In this document: one piece after another, positions 15,501-25,900 of the stretch
Layout: the number at the start of each line of letters is the position of its first letter
Position numbering within the stretch: position 1 is the stretch's first letter
Source of the DNA: Myxococcota bacterium
Lineage (GTDB): Bacteria > Myxococcota_A > UBA9160 > UBA4427
Assembly (NCBI GenBank): GCA_965250285.1
Contig: OZ252299.1
Span: 6,184,918 to 6,248,917, forward strand
Direction of reading: 5' to 3'
DNA: 64,000 bases
Notes under the pieces: model-generated
Databases searched by the model: none
Told to the model about the DNA's origin: nothing
What the model saw: the letters and a program-made list of their open reading frames with translations, nothing else
Position numbers and translations under genes: made by a program

Positions 15501-15687
15501 GCTCGGCTCCGCCACCACGTTCGCCTACCAGCGCCCGGGGGCGGCGGCCGCGCCGACCGCGCCCGCGCCGGCCCCCGTGGTCGAGGAAGAGCCGGATGGG
15601 CCGGTGCCGGCCGCCCCCGCCGATCTCGGTGGTGAGGTCGATTCGGCACGAATCGACGTGCGGGATCTCGCGAAGGGGAGGGCGTAG
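12547..15687 (+). CDS. Large TPR lipoprotein (GltD-like)
   Basis: Lipobox-like FAAAC, many TPRs ([27 protein letters not shown]) and Pro/Ala-rich linkers. The C-terminal [17 protein letters not shown] motif resembles GltD/AgmU-type proteins. Confidence 0.85.
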
Positions 15688-15689
15688 CG

Positions 15690-16325
15690 ATGACGCATCG
15701 TACGAACTCCCGCTCTGCGCGCGTCGCATTGGTCGCGTCGGGAATAGCTCTGGTCTCGCTCATCTTCGGTTGCGCGTCGGTCTTGCCCCGGCGTGGAGGG
15801 CAGATCGACATCGACCCCGAGCGAGGCTTCACGATCACCGAGACGGCGATCGCGACGCCCGAGCTACAGCTGACGTTCGATGAAGCGGTTCGGCAGCTGC
15901 GCGCTGGCAAGAACGACGAGGGCATCGCTCTGCTCGAGCAGGTCGTCGAAGTGGAGCCCAGCCTGACGGCGGCGCACATCAACCTGGGCCTGGCACATGC
16001 ACGCGCCGGCGATCTCGACAGCGCCGAAGCCAGCATGCGTACGGCGGTCTCGCTGAACCCGAAGCATCCGGTGGCCCACAACGAGCTCGGCATCGTCTAT
16101 CGCAAGCAAGGGCGCTTCGACAAGGCCCGGGACAGCTACGAAGAAGCACTGCAGGCATATCCCGACTTTCACTACGCCCGGCGCAATCTCGCCGTGCTGT
16201 GTGACGTGTACCTGGCAGACGCCAAGTGTGCCGAGAAGCACTACCAGATCTACGTCGCGCTGGTGCCCGAAGACGAAGCCGTCTCGATGTGGCTGGCCGA
16301 CCTGCGCAATCGAAAGGGGGAGTAG
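15690..16325 (+). CDS. TPR lipoprotein (GltE-like)
   Basis: Lipobox LIFGC and canonical TPRs ([26 protein letters not shown]). Confidence 0.85.
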   Translation: MTHRTNSRSARVALVASGIALVSLIFGCASVLPRRGGQIDIDPERGFTITETAIATPELQLTFDEAVRQLRAGKNDEGIALLEQVVEVEPSLTAAHINLGLAHARAGDLDSAEASMRTAVSLNPKHPVAHNELGIVYRKQGRFDKARDSYEEALQAYPDFHYARRNLAVLCDVYLADAKCAEKHYQIYVALVPEDEAVSMWLADLRNRKGE

Positions 16326-16328
16326 GAG

Positions 16329-16637
16329 ATGACTCGACGCATCGCATCGATCCTGGCCGCACTCCTCGTCGCGACGACGAGCGCCGGGGCCCTGGCCAAC
16401 GACGGGAAGGCACCCGAGGAGAAGCTCGTCTCGGGTATGTCGATCCTCGGTAACGACGAGGCGCCCAAGTCCCTGGTCATCGTGCCGTGGAAGAGCTCCG
16501 AGCTCGGCGGCGCGCTGGATCTGTCGTACACGGAGCAGCTCGGTCCGCAGCCGGTGGATCGTGAAGTTTTCAGGCGTGCCCTCTCCTACTGGGAGATCAG
16601 GGCCGGAATCAAGGTGGCTTCGGAAGGCCACGAGTAG
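16329..16637 (+). CDS. Small secreted protein (positionally GltF-like)
   Basis: RBS GGAG, signal peptide, and GMSILGNDEAPKSLVIVPW (a short beta-strand, possibly TonB-box-like). Sits between the TPR genes and the motor genes. Confidence 0.7.
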   Translation: MTRRIASILAALLVATTSAGALANDGKAPEEKLVSGMSILGNDEAPKSLVIVPWKSSELGGALDLSYTEQLGPQPVDREVFRRALSYWEIRAGIKVASEGHE

Positions 16638-16678
16638 CAACACCAGCGCCGTGACATTCACGGCAGGAGAGAATCGCA

Positions 16679-17329
16679 ATGGGTTCGTTGTATTCGATCG
16701 TGGAGTTCTTCGTGACGGGTGGTCCGTTCATGTACCCGATCCTGATCGTGTTTGCCGTGGGTGCGGCGATCGCGGTCGAGCGGTACGTGACGCTCAGCCT
16801 CATGACGGCAAAGAACCAGACGGCATGGAAGAACGTCCAGCCGCTGCTGATGGAAGGCCAGTTCGAGGAGGCGCGTGAAGCGCTCTCCGAGGATCAGTCG
16901 ACCATCGCCCAGCTCCTGACCATGGGGCTCGCTCGCCAAGGTGCCGTGCGCCGACGCGAAGATATCGAGATCGCCATGGAAGAGAGCATGATGGAGATCA
17001 TCCCGCAGCTCGAGAAGCGCACACCCTACGTGGCGCTCGCTTCGAGCATCGCCACCCTGCTCGGCCTGCTCGGCACGATCATGGGTCTGATCCAGGCGTT
17101 TACGGCGGTCGCGAACGCGAATCCCGCCGAGAAGGCCGATCTGCTCTCGGCGTCGATCTCGGTCGCGATGAACACCACGGCCTTCGGGCTGATGGTGGCG
17201 ATCCCGCTGCTGGTGACCAACTCGGTGCTGACGGCGAAGACGAGCGAGATCATCGACAGCCTCGAAATGGCCTCGGTGAAGGCGCTCAACGTCTTCTCTT
17301 CTCGGGCGAAGCGACAGGCGGAGGCCTGA
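16679..17329 (+). CDS. MotA/TolQ/ExbB proton-channel protein (AglR-like)
   Basis: Three TM segments with GGPFMYPI, LLGLLGTIMGLIQAF and ISVAMNTTAFGLMVAIP. Confidence 0.95.
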   Translation: MGSLYSIVEFFVTGGPFMYPILIVFAVGAAIAVERYVTLSLMTAKNQTAWKNVQPLLMEGQFEEAREALSEDQSTIAQLLTMGLARQGAVRRREDIEIAMEESMMEIIPQLEKRTPYVALASSIATLLGLLGTIMGLIQAFTAVANANPAEKADLLSASISVAMNTTAFGLMVAIPLLVTNSVLTAKTSEIIDSLEMASVKALNVFSSRAKRQAEA

Positions 17330-17332
17330 TCC

Positions 17333-17827
17333 ATGCGTGGCCATCACTACAGACGGCCGCCCAAGGAGGCGCCCGAGCTCGACATGACCACCTTCATGAA
17401 TCTCATGGTGGTGCTCGTGCCCTTCCTGCTGATCACCGCAGTGTTCTCTCGAATCACGATCGTCGAGCTGAACCTTCCGAGCGGTGTCGGCGGAAGCTCG
17501 CCCGAGGAGCCGCCGTTCAGGATCGAGGTCATCGTGCGAGACACCGGGTTGGTGCTCACCGATACGAAGTCGGTGCTCGTCGATCTGCCGAGGGTGGCCG
17601 ACGAGGAGTACGACCTCGCGACGCTGTCGGAGCACGTAATCGAGCTCAAGCAGCTCCACCCCGAGGCGAAGGGTGCCTCGGTGCTGCTCGAACCCGCAAT
17701 CGAGTACGACCACTTGATCCAGGTGATGGATGCGGTGCGCAGCGCTCCCGTCCCCGTGGAGGGGGTTGAGGGCGAGTCGACGCAGCTGGCGCTGTTCACC
17801 GAGATCTCGATCGGAGACGCACCATGA
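17333..17827 (+). CDS. ExbD/TolR family protein (AglQ-like), Asn at the channel-Asp position
   Basis: ELDMTTFMNLMVVLVPFLL TM segment and C-terminal IEYDHLIQVMDAVR. Confidence 0.9.
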   Translation: MRGHHYRRPPKEAPELDMTTFMNLMVVLVPFLLITAVFSRITIVELNLPSGVGGSSPEEPPFRIEVIVRDTGLVLTDTKSVLVDLPRVADEEYDLATLSEHVIELKQLHPEAKGASVLLEPAIEYDHLIQVMDAVRSAPVPVEGVEGESTQLALFTEISIGDAP

Positions 17828-18333
17828 AGAGCTCACGCCGAATGAAGCGCATGGCGCGCAACCGGAAGAAGCCGACGCCCCTGAACCTGACGTCGCTCAT
17901 GGACGTGTTCACGATCCTCGTCTTCTTCCTGCTCGTGAACTCGGCGAACACCGAGGTGCTCGAGACGCCCAAGCAGATCAAGCTGCCCTCGTCGGTGGTG
18001 GAGGACAAGCCCCGCGAGACGGTGGTGATCTTCATCAGCCCCGAGGAGGTGACGGTGCAGGGCGAGCGCGTGATCGCGATGGATGAGCTGCTGGCCAGCG
18101 AAGACGCCCACATCTCCTCGATCGGGGAGCGTCTCGAACAGGTGAACGACAGCGTCATCGGGCTGAACACGAGAAAGGTCGCCGAGCGCCAGGAGGTCAC
18201 GATCCTGTCGGACAAGGCGGTGCCCTTCCATGTCGTGCGACGGGTGATGACGACGTGCACGAATCATGGGTTCGAACGCATTTCACTGGCGGTGCTGCAG
18301 AAGGCGCCGCAGAAGCTCGTGAAGAACGGATGA
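17824..18333 (+). CDS. ExbD/TolR family protein (AglS-like)
   Basis: LNLTSLMDVFTILVFFLL TM segment and SDKAVPFHVVRRVMTT. ATGA overlap with the previous gene. Confidence 0.92.
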   Translation: MKSSRRMKRMARNRKKPTPLNLTSLMDVFTILVFFLLVNSANTEVLETPKQIKLPSSVVEDKPRETVVIFISPEEVTVQGERVIAMDELLASEDAHISSIGERLEQVNDSVIGLNTRKVAERQEVTILSDKAVPFHVVRRVMTTCTNHGFERISLAVLQKAPQKLVKNG

Positions 18334-18339
18334 GAAGCC

Positions 18340-19710
18340 GTGAGTGCTGAATTCTCTCAGGAGCAGCAGGTCCTCCGCGCGGAGCTCGACGAAGCGCGCG
18401 AGCGACTGGATGGGCTGGCCACCGAGCTGCGCGGCATCGACGCCGAGCTCGATGCGCTCGCAGTCGAACGCCGTCAGTTCGAGATTCTCGATGACGTCTG
18501 CACGTCGATCGAGAAGCTTGGCGAGGCGGGTGGAGCGGATCTGTTCTGGGGTGGACTCCCGGGTGCGAACTTCGACGCGCACGTTCGTGCCGTGCGGAGC
18601 CGAGCCGAGGAGTTCCATCACCGAATCGCCGAGATCGATGCGAGACGCAGCGCACTCGTCGGTCGGATCGCTGACGCCGAGGATGCCTCGTTCGTCCTCG
18701 AGGACGACCTCGCAGAGGCCGAGCACCAGGAGGAGATGAAGAAGCTCGAGTGGGTCATCGAGCGCGAGGACGACTCGCCGATCTTCCAAGCCGGCCGCAT
18801 GCCGTGGGTGCACGGTGGAGAGGACGATGTCCGCTTCCGCAAGGCGCTCTTGCTCGCGATGCTGCTCAGCCTGGTGTTCGGGATCATCCTTCCGATCATT
18901 CCCCTGCCCGAACCGGATCCGTGGCAGGTGGTCGAGGTGCCCGAGCGTCTCACGCGGCTGATCAAGGAAGAGCCGCCCCCGCCGCCGCCGGTCGTGCAGG
19001 AGAAGCTCGAGCCGCAGAAGACCCAGGCGGAGACGCCCGAGGAGCCCGAGAAGCTCGCGACGGATACGAAGCCGAAGGCGGCCCCGACGCCGACGACGTC
19101 GGAGGTGGTTGCTTCGGCCGGCATCCTCGCGCTCCGCGATCAGTTCGCGGGGCTCGCCGATGGCGAGACCAGCTCGCGGCTGGGGACGAGCGCTCGCATC
19201 AACCGGACCGGTGAGTCCGCATCGGGCCAGGCTGGCCGATCGCTCGTCACTACGCAGACGCCGGGTGCGAGTGGTGGCATCGACGTCGGCTCGCTGGGTC
19301 GCGACGCGGTCGGTGGTGGCGGTCAGGCCCTTCAGGGCGTGCAGGTCGCCCGGGCCACGAGCTCGATCGGCGTGGGCGGCGGCAACGATCGCCCGCTGAG
19401 CGACGGCCCGGGGCTCTCGCGAACCGACGAAGAGATTCAGATCGTCTTCGATCGGCACAAGGCAGCGCTCTACCGGCTCTACAACCGCGCGCTGCGCTCG
19501 AACCCGACGCTGCAGGGGCAGATCGTGCTGAAGCTCGTGATCGAGCCCGACGGAAGCGTGTCGCTGTGCGAGGTGAAGTCGTCGGACATGGATGCGCCTG
19601 GCCTCGCCGCCAAGGTCGTCGAGCGCGTGAAGGTCTTCGACTTCGGCGCCAAGGAAGGCATTCCGCCGGTCTCGATCCTGTACCCGATCGACTTCCTGCC
19701 GGCGGCATAG
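18340..19710 (+). CDS. TonB-like energy transducer with AgmX/PglI-type C-terminal domain (GltG-like)
   Basis: N-terminal coiled coil, one TM helix, Pro/Glu-rich and Gly-rich linkers, and C-terminal RTDEEIQIVFDRHKAALYRLYNRALRSNPTLQGQIVLKLVIEPDGSV. Confidence 0.88.
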   Translation: MSAEFSQEQQVLRAELDEARERLDGLATELRGIDAELDALAVERRQFEILDDVCTSIEKLGEAGGADLFWGGLPGANFDAHVRAVRSRAEEFHHRIAEIDARRSALVGRIADAEDASFVLEDDLAEAEHQEEMKKLEWVIEREDDSPIFQAGRMPWVHGGEDDVRFRKALLLAMLLSLVFGIILPIIPLPEPDPWQVVEVPERLTRLIKEEPPPPPPVVQEKLEPQKTQAETPEEPEKLATDTKPKAAPTPTTSEVVASAGILALRDQFAGLADGETSSRLGTSARINRTGESASGQAGRSLVTTQTPGASGGIDVGSLGRDAVGGGGQALQGVQVARATSSIGVGGGNDRPLSDGPGLSRTDEEIQIVFDRHKAALYRLYNRALRSNPTLQGQIVLKLVIEPDGSVSLCEVKSSDMDAPGLAAKVVERVKVFDFGAKEGIPPVSILYPIDFLPAA

Positions 19711-19802
19711 CAGGGCGAAGGATGAGTGCGCACGGTGTGCGCGAGAACGAGAAGAAGGTGAAACGAGGAGAATCCGCGACGTAGGTCAGACGACGTCAAA
19801 GA

Positions 19803-19895
19803 GATTCAGACAAAGGCAAAGCCGTCGAAAGGCGGCGACGCAAAGTCACCGGTCTAACGGGCACACCGCCCCAGGACAGCGGGACTGCCGGAATC
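19803..19895 (+). ncRNA. Cyclic di-GMP-I (GEMM) riboswitch
   Basis: P1 GATTC/GAATC, then GGCAAA, P2 GCCGTC-GAAA-GGCGGC (GNRA loop), GACGCAAAG, and P3 with CCGGTCTAA...GACAGCGGG...TGCCG. All hallmark segments are in order, directly 5' of the giant gene. Confidence 0.92.
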
Positions 19896-19970
19896 GCGCT
19901 CGATGGTCGAGCGGTCTCGGTGGGTCTTCGCAGGTGCATTGCGAGAAGACGAGCACCGAGGCAGAACACC

Positions 19971-22900
19971 TTGCAGCATCAGAGCGACATCCGGGAGCAG
20001 AGGGGCTCCACCGAACGGGCGGCCACGCCGGTTCGGGCGGGGATCCGGCGCGCGATTGCGATCGCGAGCTGGGCGATCGCGCTGCTCTGTCTCTCGGGGG
20101 CCAGCGCTCAGGCGCAGCCGGTGCCAGCGACGTGTCCTGCCCAGCTCGGGACGGAGACGCTCGTTCGGCACGACATGTCGGTGAGCTTCTGCGAGCTGTG
20201 CGATGTCGGCCAGGCGACGATCGTCGTCGAGAACCCGCTGAGTACCTTCCCGGGCGACGTCGACTTCTCGGACATCACCGTCGTCGAGAATCTCCGCAAC
20301 ACGGGTCTGACCTACGCCGGTAACCCGCAGTTCTCGTTCAACAACGCGATCCCCACCGGCGCATTCGCGCCGACGGTATCCGGGACCGACGACGAGATCC
20401 TCACGTGGGATCTGCCGGCGGGCTTCACCCTGCCCGAGGTGCCCGGCTTCGGCACCAGCTCGTCGATCACGATTCAGTTCGACGTCGAACGCCAGAGCTC
20501 GTTCACCGAAGAGGGGCTCGTCACCTCGACGCCCGACCGCGACATCCAGGCGTCGGTCATTCTCGAACCGTCGTGTGCGCCCGGTGAGATCTACGGACAG
20601 TCGACCGGCTTGAACGAGCTGCCGCTGCAGGAGCCCGAGCTCAACCTTGCGCTCTCGGGTCGCAACCTCGACGCGGCGCAGGGCGGCTGGTCCGACCCCG
20701 TCTACGGTCACGAGGGTGACGACATCATCTGGCGTCTGCGCGTGCGCAACGATGGCGAAGCGCCGCTCCAGGATTTCGTCTTCGACATGGCCCTGTTCGA
20801 CAGCGTCGGCGGCCCGGGCGACTTCGAGCTGACCCACATCTGTACGACGAACGGCGCGGCGGCCGCGGCTTCGGCGGGCGCGAGCCCCGCGAACTGTCGG
20901 TCGCTCGCGGGCACCAGCAGCTCCCCGAATCTCGACATTGCGGCGCTCTTCGGCGGCGGCGCGAACCCCTACATCGTGCTCGGACCGAACTCGCAGCGCT
21001 TCTTCTACTTCGCGGGGCGCGTCAACACGAGCTGTGACGAGCTCGATGCGCTGGCCGACAACGCTCAGTGGGGCTGCCAGAGCGAGCCTCCCGTGGGCGG
21101 GATCTCTCAGAGCTCGACGGGCATCACCGACGACGGGACAGGTCTGCTGCGCACCGAGTCTGAGGAGGCTCGGCTCGACTTCGATGTCGACTTCCAGGGC
21201 GTGAACGACCCGAGCCAGCCGCTCGGCGCCCGCGGCAACGTCGTCGTCACGATCAACAACGTGAGCCGCGGAACGATCTACGGCGACACGGACGGCATCG
21301 AGCTGCAGGTCGATCTGCCGGCGCAGTACGTGGTCGACCCCTCGCTGCCGCCGATCTTCGACATGGATCCGGCGTACGGCAACTACCAGGGCATGATCGA
21401 CACCATGTCCTGGGACAACCCCGACCCGGGGACCGATCCCGATCCGTCGGCCGATCCGAACGCCCAGCTGAACAACGACAGCCTGCAGTTCACGCTGACG
21501 AGCTCGAGTCAGAACGCGCCCGGCGGGCCTTATCCGATCCAGGAGCACCTGATTCGCCACGGCGACGTCGTGACGATCACGATCCGCGTCGTTCAGATCG
21601 ATCCCACGTACTACGACCTCGACGCCGACCTCGACATCCGTCTCGAAGATCCGGCGAGCACGCCGATGCCCAACACCGACCCGACCCAGACCTTCGGGGT
21701 CACGGGCCAGGCCGATGTGTCGTACGAAGAGTTCTGCACTGGCAACAACCACCTCGTCAGCGACGTCGAATTCGATACGGCGAACCCCGAAGACCTCGAC
21801 GTCGACATGACAGGCGGCGAGCTCGTCTTCATCCTGACCGACTCGGGCGATCCGTTGCCCCTGTCCGTCGAGCTGACCAACAACGGTGGCCACGACGCCG
21901 ACGACTACCAGGCCTACGTCACCTTTGGCCAGGCCATGCAGGTCTCGACGGTGGCGCCTGGCTGTACGCTCACGACCAATCCGCCGCCGTTGCCCGAGTG
22001 GCAGCTGCCCGATCCGCTGCCCGCCACAGGGACAGTCTACATCTGTGATCGCGGAACGATCGGGCCAGGGGACACCGAAGTCTTCAACTTCGAGGTGGTG
22101 AAGAACCCCACGCCACCGTTCGACGACGACCTGACGTTCCGTGCCGACGTGATCGGCGAGAGTCATCTGGCCGACGGCACGCCGCTGTGGTTCCCCGTGC
22201 CTCAGCCTCGCGGCGACGGCATCACCGATCGCGGCAACAACTACACGGTCGACGGCTTGCGGGCCCGCGTGGTCGGCTACAACCTGCTCAAGACCCAGCT
22301 CGGCGACTGCAACGAGAACAACCCGCCGCCGGGTACGCCCGATGATCTCGTGCAGATCGGCGAGGAGTGTACGTTCCGAGTCGAATCGGGCGGATGGTTC
22401 GGCTTCGAGACGCCGGGCTTCACGTACATCGCAGTCCAGAACGTTCAGGTCGTCGATCAGAACCCCGACGGTCAGACCTACATCAGCTCGACCGATCCGC
22501 TCATCGAGAGCACGACTCAGATTCAGGGCGTGACGTTCACGCCCCCGGCGGTGCCCCTGACGGACGACTGGTTCGACTGGACCTTCAACACCGATCCGTT
22601 GACTCAGCGCATTACCGAGCTCGATCACTGGTTCCGTACGAACTTCGTGACGCGCATGATGAACGACCCGATCGACGCAGCCGGGGCGCCGAACCAGCAC
22701 GCAGCGACGAGCTCGAACGTGCTCACGTCGACGTTCGAGGCGGTCTTCTTCAACCCGTCGATCGGCGGCGAGGAGATCTTCACCCTCGGCCCGTCGACGA
22801 TCGGCTTCCCGCGTGAGGTCTTCCGTCGGGTCGACGTCACGGTGACCGAGCCTCAGCTGACTCTCGTCAAGGAGGTCTGCAACGAGACCCGCTATGGCGT

Positions 22901-25900
22901 GGGTGCGGCGTGCACGAACTTCGTGCCGCTCGCCGACGACGGCGACGCCTTCGACGAGTACGTCTACCGGATCACCGTCACCAACGAGGCAGCGGCCGGC
23001 GGCGTGCCCCGTGCGCCCGCCTACGACGTCACGGTCACGAGCGTGACCGACGCCAGCGACCAGCTCGAGGTGCTCGCGCTGACGGGCGACACGCTCGACA
23101 ACGACGGCGACGCACTCGTCGACGGCGCCGATGCGGCCGGCGAAGGCACGATCACGGACACCGTGGTCGAAAACGGCGTCCCTGCCGAAGTGATCGCATC
23201 GTACACACACAGTGACGCGCTGTTGCGCATCGATCCCGGCGACAGTGTAGTGCTGTACTACCGCGTCGACCCCGACGACGACGTGGCGCCGCTCCAGCAG
23301 CTGATCAGCAGCGTGTCCGCGACGTACGACAGCCTCGAAGGCGACTTCGGAAGTCAGTCGACGCCGCAGCAGCCGAACGGCGACGAGGCGGGTGCGCGCC
23401 AGTACACGTCCGCTCCGGTCGAGGCGACGATCCAGATCATTCCGGTCGAGGTCAGCCCGAAGGAGGTCATCAGCACCTCGAGCACGGCCGTCTCGGGGCC
23501 GGGCGTCGACCAGCCCGCGGTGATCGGCGAGGAGCTCGAGTTCGAGCTGCAGGCTCTGATCCCCGTGTCGCAGCTGCGGAACTTCACGATTCGCGACGAG
23601 CTTCCGGCTGGCCTCACCTGCGCCGAGGCTCCCGACGTCGATCTCGACGCGGCGCCCTACGACGCAGCGGGCTTCGTGCCGGGCGGCGTCTTCACGCCGA
23701 CGTGTACGGCGAACGACGTCATCTGGGACTTCGGCAATCAGACGGTGACGACGTCGAACCGCGTCGACCGACGATTCGACTTCCGCGTGCAGTTCATCGG
23801 CCGCGTCGAGAACGTGGTCGCGAACCAGGATGGGGTGTCGATCGTCAACGGCGGCGGTGGCACCGTCGCGAACGTCGAGTACATCAACGAGAGCGGTGGC
23901 GCCGTCGTGCTGCCCATCGGGGCGGCGACGGTGATCGTGACCGAGCCCCAGGTCGATCTCGTGAAGGCCTTCTCGGTCGCACAGGCCGACGCGGGGGATC
24001 TGACTCGGGTCACCGTGACGGCGACCAACAATGGCACGGCGACGGCCCACAACATCCGCGTACTCGAAGATCTCACGCATCCCGAGCTCTCGTACGCCGG
24101 CGACGTGCAGGGCACGCTGCCGCCGACCGCTGACACGGTCACGTTCGGTCCCGATCAGCCGCTCTTCACCTGGACGCCGGGGCTGACGCTCGCGCCGGGC
24201 GCCTCGGTGAGCTTCTCGTTCGCCGTGCAGGTGGGAACTGGCGTCACGCCTCATGAGGTGCTCGACAACACCATCCAAGCCGACTGGACTTCGCTGGCCG
24301 CGAATACGACGGCCCTCAACTCGACGGGGAGCATCGGCGCCGACGGCGCGGCCGACGGCATGCGCATCGGTGCGCTCCCGAACGCGGCCGACCCGCTCAA
24401 CGACTACGAATCCGAAGCGGACGCCTCGATGGAGGTGCCGCCCCTCGCGTTCACGAAGACCGATCTCGACCCCGCGCTCGCGGCGGAGATCGGCGTTCAC
24501 AAGAGCTACGAGCTCGCGATTCAGCTGCCCGAGGGCGTCACGCAGAACGTCATCATCAACGACGCGCTCGACGCGGGCGACGTCAGCTGGGTGCTCGCGC
24601 ACAACGCGACGTACGACGTCACGTATCAGTTCGATGGCATCTCGCAGGTCAATGGTCAGCCGCCGGCGGAGGCCGCGCTGCTCGCCTTCCCGAGTGATGG
24701 TGAGAGCGGGACCATCACCTGGAACATCGGCGAAGTCGTCACTCTGAGCGAAGACGACCTTACCGTGAACGCGATCACGCCGACGATTCGCGTGACGTAC
24801 TTCGCACGGATCAACAACGACACGGCGACGGACGCGGGCGATTCGCTGCAGAACATCGCGACCACCGACTATACGAACGGCGAGACGGCGGTGACCGAGT
24901 CGCTCGTGTCGGCCGCCGCTCCGATCATCGCCACCGAGAGCACGCTGACGGCGACGAAGGTGCTGGCGAACGTGACCGGCGGCAAGCTGCCGACCGATCC
25001 GCCGGCCTTCAACGACCTGCTCGAGTACACGGTGACGATCGTCAACGCCGGGATCGCGACCGCGTACGACGTCAACGTCGTCGATACGTTGCCCCCCGAG
25101 CTGACGCTCGAGGTCGCGACGACACCGACCGCGACGCTCAACTCTGTGCCGATCGCAGGTTTCGTGGCCGTGCCCGCGGGCTCACCGAGCGGCCCCTTGA
25201 TCTGGGGCAACGGCAACGGTGATGGTTCGATCGACATCCCGTCGGGCGGCTTCGTCGACCTGACGTATCGCATCCGCGTCACCACGCCGCTGCCCGACCC
25301 GAGCGTGCTCGCGAACCGCGTCTGGGTCGACTGGACGTCGCTCGATGGTGCCGACGTTCATGAGCGCACGGGCGCAGGCTGCCCCACGACGACCGCGCCC
25401 AACGACTACTGCTTCGGGCCGGCCGTCGCGAGCGGCACGTCCGTCCCCGTCCCGCCGCCCTCCGCCGTGCTGAAGGAGATCAGTCAGGCTACGGCTTCGG
25501 TCGGCGAGTCGTTCACGTACCGCATTACGGTGCCGTCGACGCCCTACGCCTTCCCGATCTACGACGTGCGCATCACCGACGATCTCGGCGCCTCGGCGGC
25601 CGATCTGCGCTTCGTGCAGGTCGACAAGGTCTCGGTCGCCGGCACCTGGACACCCGTCAACACGGGCACGCCCACGGCGCTGGTCATCGAGGACACGACC
25701 AGCGGAATCGATATCCCGGCCGGTGAGCAGATCGTCGTCGACGTGACGGTGGTGCTCGAAGACACCCCGACGAACGCAACCGGGCTGTCGTTCACCAACG
25801 CCGCCAGCCAGACGTACAACTGGGTCGATGGCGATCCGCTGAGCCAGCGCGCAGGCTTCCCCGGCGTGTCGCCTCCGATGACGATCGTCGGACCCGACAC

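Noticed and set aside
16679..19710. Ordinary TonB-ExbBD uptake or Tol-Pal operon
   Set aside because: There is no adjacent TonB-dependent receptor, tolB or pal. Two ExbD genes, three TPR genes and an AgmX/PglI-type C-domain fit the Agl-Glt core better.
19803..19895. 3',3'-cGAMP-selective (GEMM-Ib) riboswitch
   Set aside because: The discriminator position is G rather than A, so c-di-GMP is the better prediction. Only a binding assay is decisive.
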